This document shows, piece by piece, positions 61,023-64,000 of a stretch of DNA of 64,000 nt. Made by a program: the position numbers and the translations under genes. Below the pieces are notes generated by a model. The model ran no database searches, had not been told where the DNA came from, and saw only the letters and a program-made list of their open reading frames with translations. Numbering within the stretch: the stretch's first letter is position 1; every line of letters begins with the position of its first letter. The stretch spans positions 2,728,001 to 2,792,000 of the forward strand of contig OZ176052.1 of the NCBI GenBank assembly GCA_964247055.1, written 5' to 3'. Source of the DNA: Paragordius varius. Lineage: Eukaryota; Animalia; Nematomorpha.

Positions 61023-61939
61023 ATGTTAAAATGTATATATCGTAATTTGTTTGCATCCAAAATTTTATCATTTCGATACAAGGGATAACATAACCTTTGT
61101 TGTAAATTGGTTAAATACCGCTTTGAATCAAGTATTTTGGATAGAATGGAAAATAAAAAAATTACACTTGCACTTTTAAGTCAAAAAAGTTTATTAAAAA
61201 ATTACTTGATTTATATTAATTTGGGATATAGCGCACAGTTAGAGAACCTGAATTAAAGGGTCTGATTTAATACAAGGAGATTGCTGATTTTTTCTTTCAA
61301 AAATATAATACACGGCAATATTTCTAGTTGCCGCGAAATATAATATTAGAATTTTTGGCGTGAAATAGATTGATATGGATTTTTTCATGACCAAATATTA
61401 TTAAGTTGATGCATTTCAATAATTATTTAAAAATAGCTGTTTCTAAGTTAAACGGATATGTTTGCTTATTTGTCTAAATTTGAACTTAAGTGGTCAATAC
61501 CCTGATTAATTATGTCACAGACTGATTTGCTGGCATCCACCTTTCACTTTATAACATAGATGTGTGTTTAACAGCTCAATACTTTTTTAAAAAATATCAC
61601 AAAAGTGATGAACAGTTAAAGTCTGTGGGCAATTGATAAAGATTATGGTTTCTTTATAAGGAAGATAATAGGTTATAATACAGTAATAAGCATTTTTTTG
61701 AAATTTAAGATGTGAGCTCCTAAAGTCCGAAATTTTTACACTTCCAAAATTGGATAAATCTCTTAAAAAACGAAAAATTTAATGGTTTCAAGATAAAAAA
61801 ATTTGATAACCACTGCATCTAAAATCGAAATAACCTGCTGAAATAACTATCCGATAAAAAAATGTAGAAATCATGCTTTAGGTTTTGTTCCTTACCGGTA
61901 TAACTATATCTTTTGTTTTATTTCCATATCAGAAAAATT

Positions 61940-63500
61940 GAGCACATTTTTTTAAATAAAGTTTTTTTGGTGAAGGTTAAAGGCTTAATTCCAATAAATA
62001 TCACTAAAATATATTATAAACTACATATAAAAAGCAAAATAATATTTTTTAAAAAATTATATTTCAAGGTATGGGCTTTGAAATCAGAAATTTCTTCTCT
62101 CTTCCAAAATGGGCTAGTATTCGTAAAATAAACGGAAAAATGCCGGAAGCCGCGATAAATACTTTTATATGCTCAATTTTGATAACAACTAAGATTTATA
62201 AAGCTGGCTTTTTTTAAATTTAATTCAGCAAAATTTAAGCGCACTTCAACTCTTTTTTGGCATGATGGAAACGGTATAAAGATTTATAGAACACTTTTTG
62301 TATATAATTAGTTTGATGCTGAACATTTCTTCACCTAAAAGTTAATATAAACGTTTGTTTTCTTTTTTTGTTTGGTGAATCGTTGTAACACAATTTATAT
62401 TGAACTAAATTCAGAACGAACGAATATGATTCGAAATATCTAGGAAATGTGTTTTTATAGTATCTAAAGCATATCTATATATCGCTAGAAATAGTATAAG
62501 AACGCTTCAACAAAATTTTGCTAAAATTTTTGGAGAAAATTATGCATTTTAAAAATACTTATAAATGATAACAAAATTTCGCATATATTTTAATTATTAT
62601 CTCACAATATCCGGCATTTTTGCGTTTATTTTATAGGACTAGCTCCTTTTAGAAGAGCAAATTTGGGTTCGGAGTCCCCATCTAAATAAATTTTTTGGAA
62701 ATATTGTTTTAATTTTTATATGTGGTTGGTTTATCACTAATTTAGTGATATTTTTGGCATGTAGGCTCTAGTCCAAAAAAATATTTAAAACGTTTGCAAA
62801 TTTTGCCATTTTCTCATATGGAACTTACCACAAAAGTGTAAATAACTTTCTTAAGTCACTTGTAAAGGCCAAAACCAGAAGCACCATTCCTAATACATTT
62901 CCTTATCAGAATATATATATATTTTATCAGGTTATTTTTTTATAGCACCCGATTTTAGATGTTGTGTTTGTGGAGAAAAATCTAAAGGCGCTTTAAGCAA
63001 TTTTATCATTTATCAGGTTTAACACTTCATTATTTGGGGTACGTTTACCAAAGCCATATGTAATTTGAATATCTTAAAAAGTATTTAGCTGTTAAGCCGA
63101 ATTTAATATGCTTTAGTCTTTTTGGCATTATAGAAAATTTTTAAAAAAAATATAAATTGTAAAAAAAAATCCTCATCTTATTTTGTCGCCATTTTTTTCT
63201 ATTAATTTTTTTAAATCGACAAAAGGCAAATAAATGTATTTATGGTTAGAAAATGTGATATATTAAGCTTTTGGACTACATATTACCAGCAAAATCATGA
63301 TATATTAAGATTTGAATATTAGCTGCTCGTTTCAATCGTGTTTTCGAAATCTACCAATTTTAGACTCTAGAAGTGACCAAAATGTTAAAATATAAGCTTT
63401 TTTGTTAATTTGAGAACAATAATTGATAATAATATCAACAGAAATAAATTTGTAAACTAGTTTATTTACAAAATTAAACTCTGGGATAAACTACCCCAAA
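61940..63500 (+). repeat. Longest copy of repeat family E, with nested inverted repeats
   Basis: Outer arms 62085-62170 / 62580-62662, inner arms 62235 / 62510; 61940-62960 matches 49640-50560 and 63040-63500 matches 33700-34135. Confidence 0.7.
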
Positions 63501-64000
63501 AGGTAAACTAGGACAAAAAAGTAAAAAAGAAGTGTTAACACTTTAAAAAATAAAATTTGGTTTTTAGAAATTAAACTAAAGCAAAATAATAATCTTTTTT
63601 TATATATAATATGAAATCAAATATTTGGACAGTGGATTATAGTGAAATATAAGACAAGAATACATAATTCTGAGATTGGAAGTGACATAAATTATATGAA
63701 TAACCGTTTTAGGATAATTAAAATATGCAATATGAATGGTGGTTTCTTTTAAGATTGTTAATTTACTTCATAATGATTTATATTTGTATATTATTAATAA
63801 ATTTTCATGACCTTTGGGGTTTTATACCCCAAGTTCATTCAAAAATATCCTTGGACAAAATTAAAAATATAATTTTTAGCTATTTAGGCGCCTGATACAA
63901 AACATATTTTTTAAAAATATTGTAAAAAAATCCTTATTCCAAACTTTTTCGCCGCCATATTTTTTATTTATTTTAATTGTACACGGAAATAACTGTATTT

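Noticed and set aside
5202-62131. Numerous 60-130 aa ORFs (e.g. 5202..5414, 5933..6160, 9442..9774, 13725..13934, 19552..19824, 33130..33333, 43724..43924, 56811..57191, 61913..62131)
   Set aside because: Phe/Ile/Leu/Lys-rich translations of AT-rich non-coding DNA, or antisense shadows of real exons and the LINE; no motifs.
1-64000. Assigning the organism (e.g. a dicyemid or other parasitic invertebrate)
   Set aside because: Micro-introns and the GPCR type are suggestive only; taxon needs a homology search.

Overview
Very AT-rich eukaryotic (metazoan-type) genomic DNA; most entries in the ORF track are exon fragments or noise. By manual GT-AG exon joining I reconstruct seven host genes: an intronless class A peptide-type GPCR (-), NADK2 (-), RanGAP1 (+), a PPM1A/B-type PP2C (+), COQ8/ADCK3-4 (-), cornichon CNIH4 (+) and BSDC1 (-). 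NADK2/RanGAP1 and COQ8/CNIH4 are head-to-head pairs with 117 and 116 bp between start codons. The window also holds a near full-length RTE-clade LINE (two 1-nt frameshifts, a PHD-type finger inside the RT ORF) inserted in a MITE, two further RTE remnants, many MITE/foldback elements, a tRNA-derived SINE-like sequence, and two oppositely oriented arrays of a 40-42 bp purine-skewed satellite. The most striking pattern is intron architecture: nine 21-35 nt micro-introns, all starting within 300 nt of a start codon, whereas all 32 introns further downstream are 64-4300 nt and often TE-filled. Six of seven genes also have a splice-acceptor-like YAG 5-16 nt before the ATG. Gene identities rest on recognition of family motifs from memory; no database search was run and the organism is not identified.
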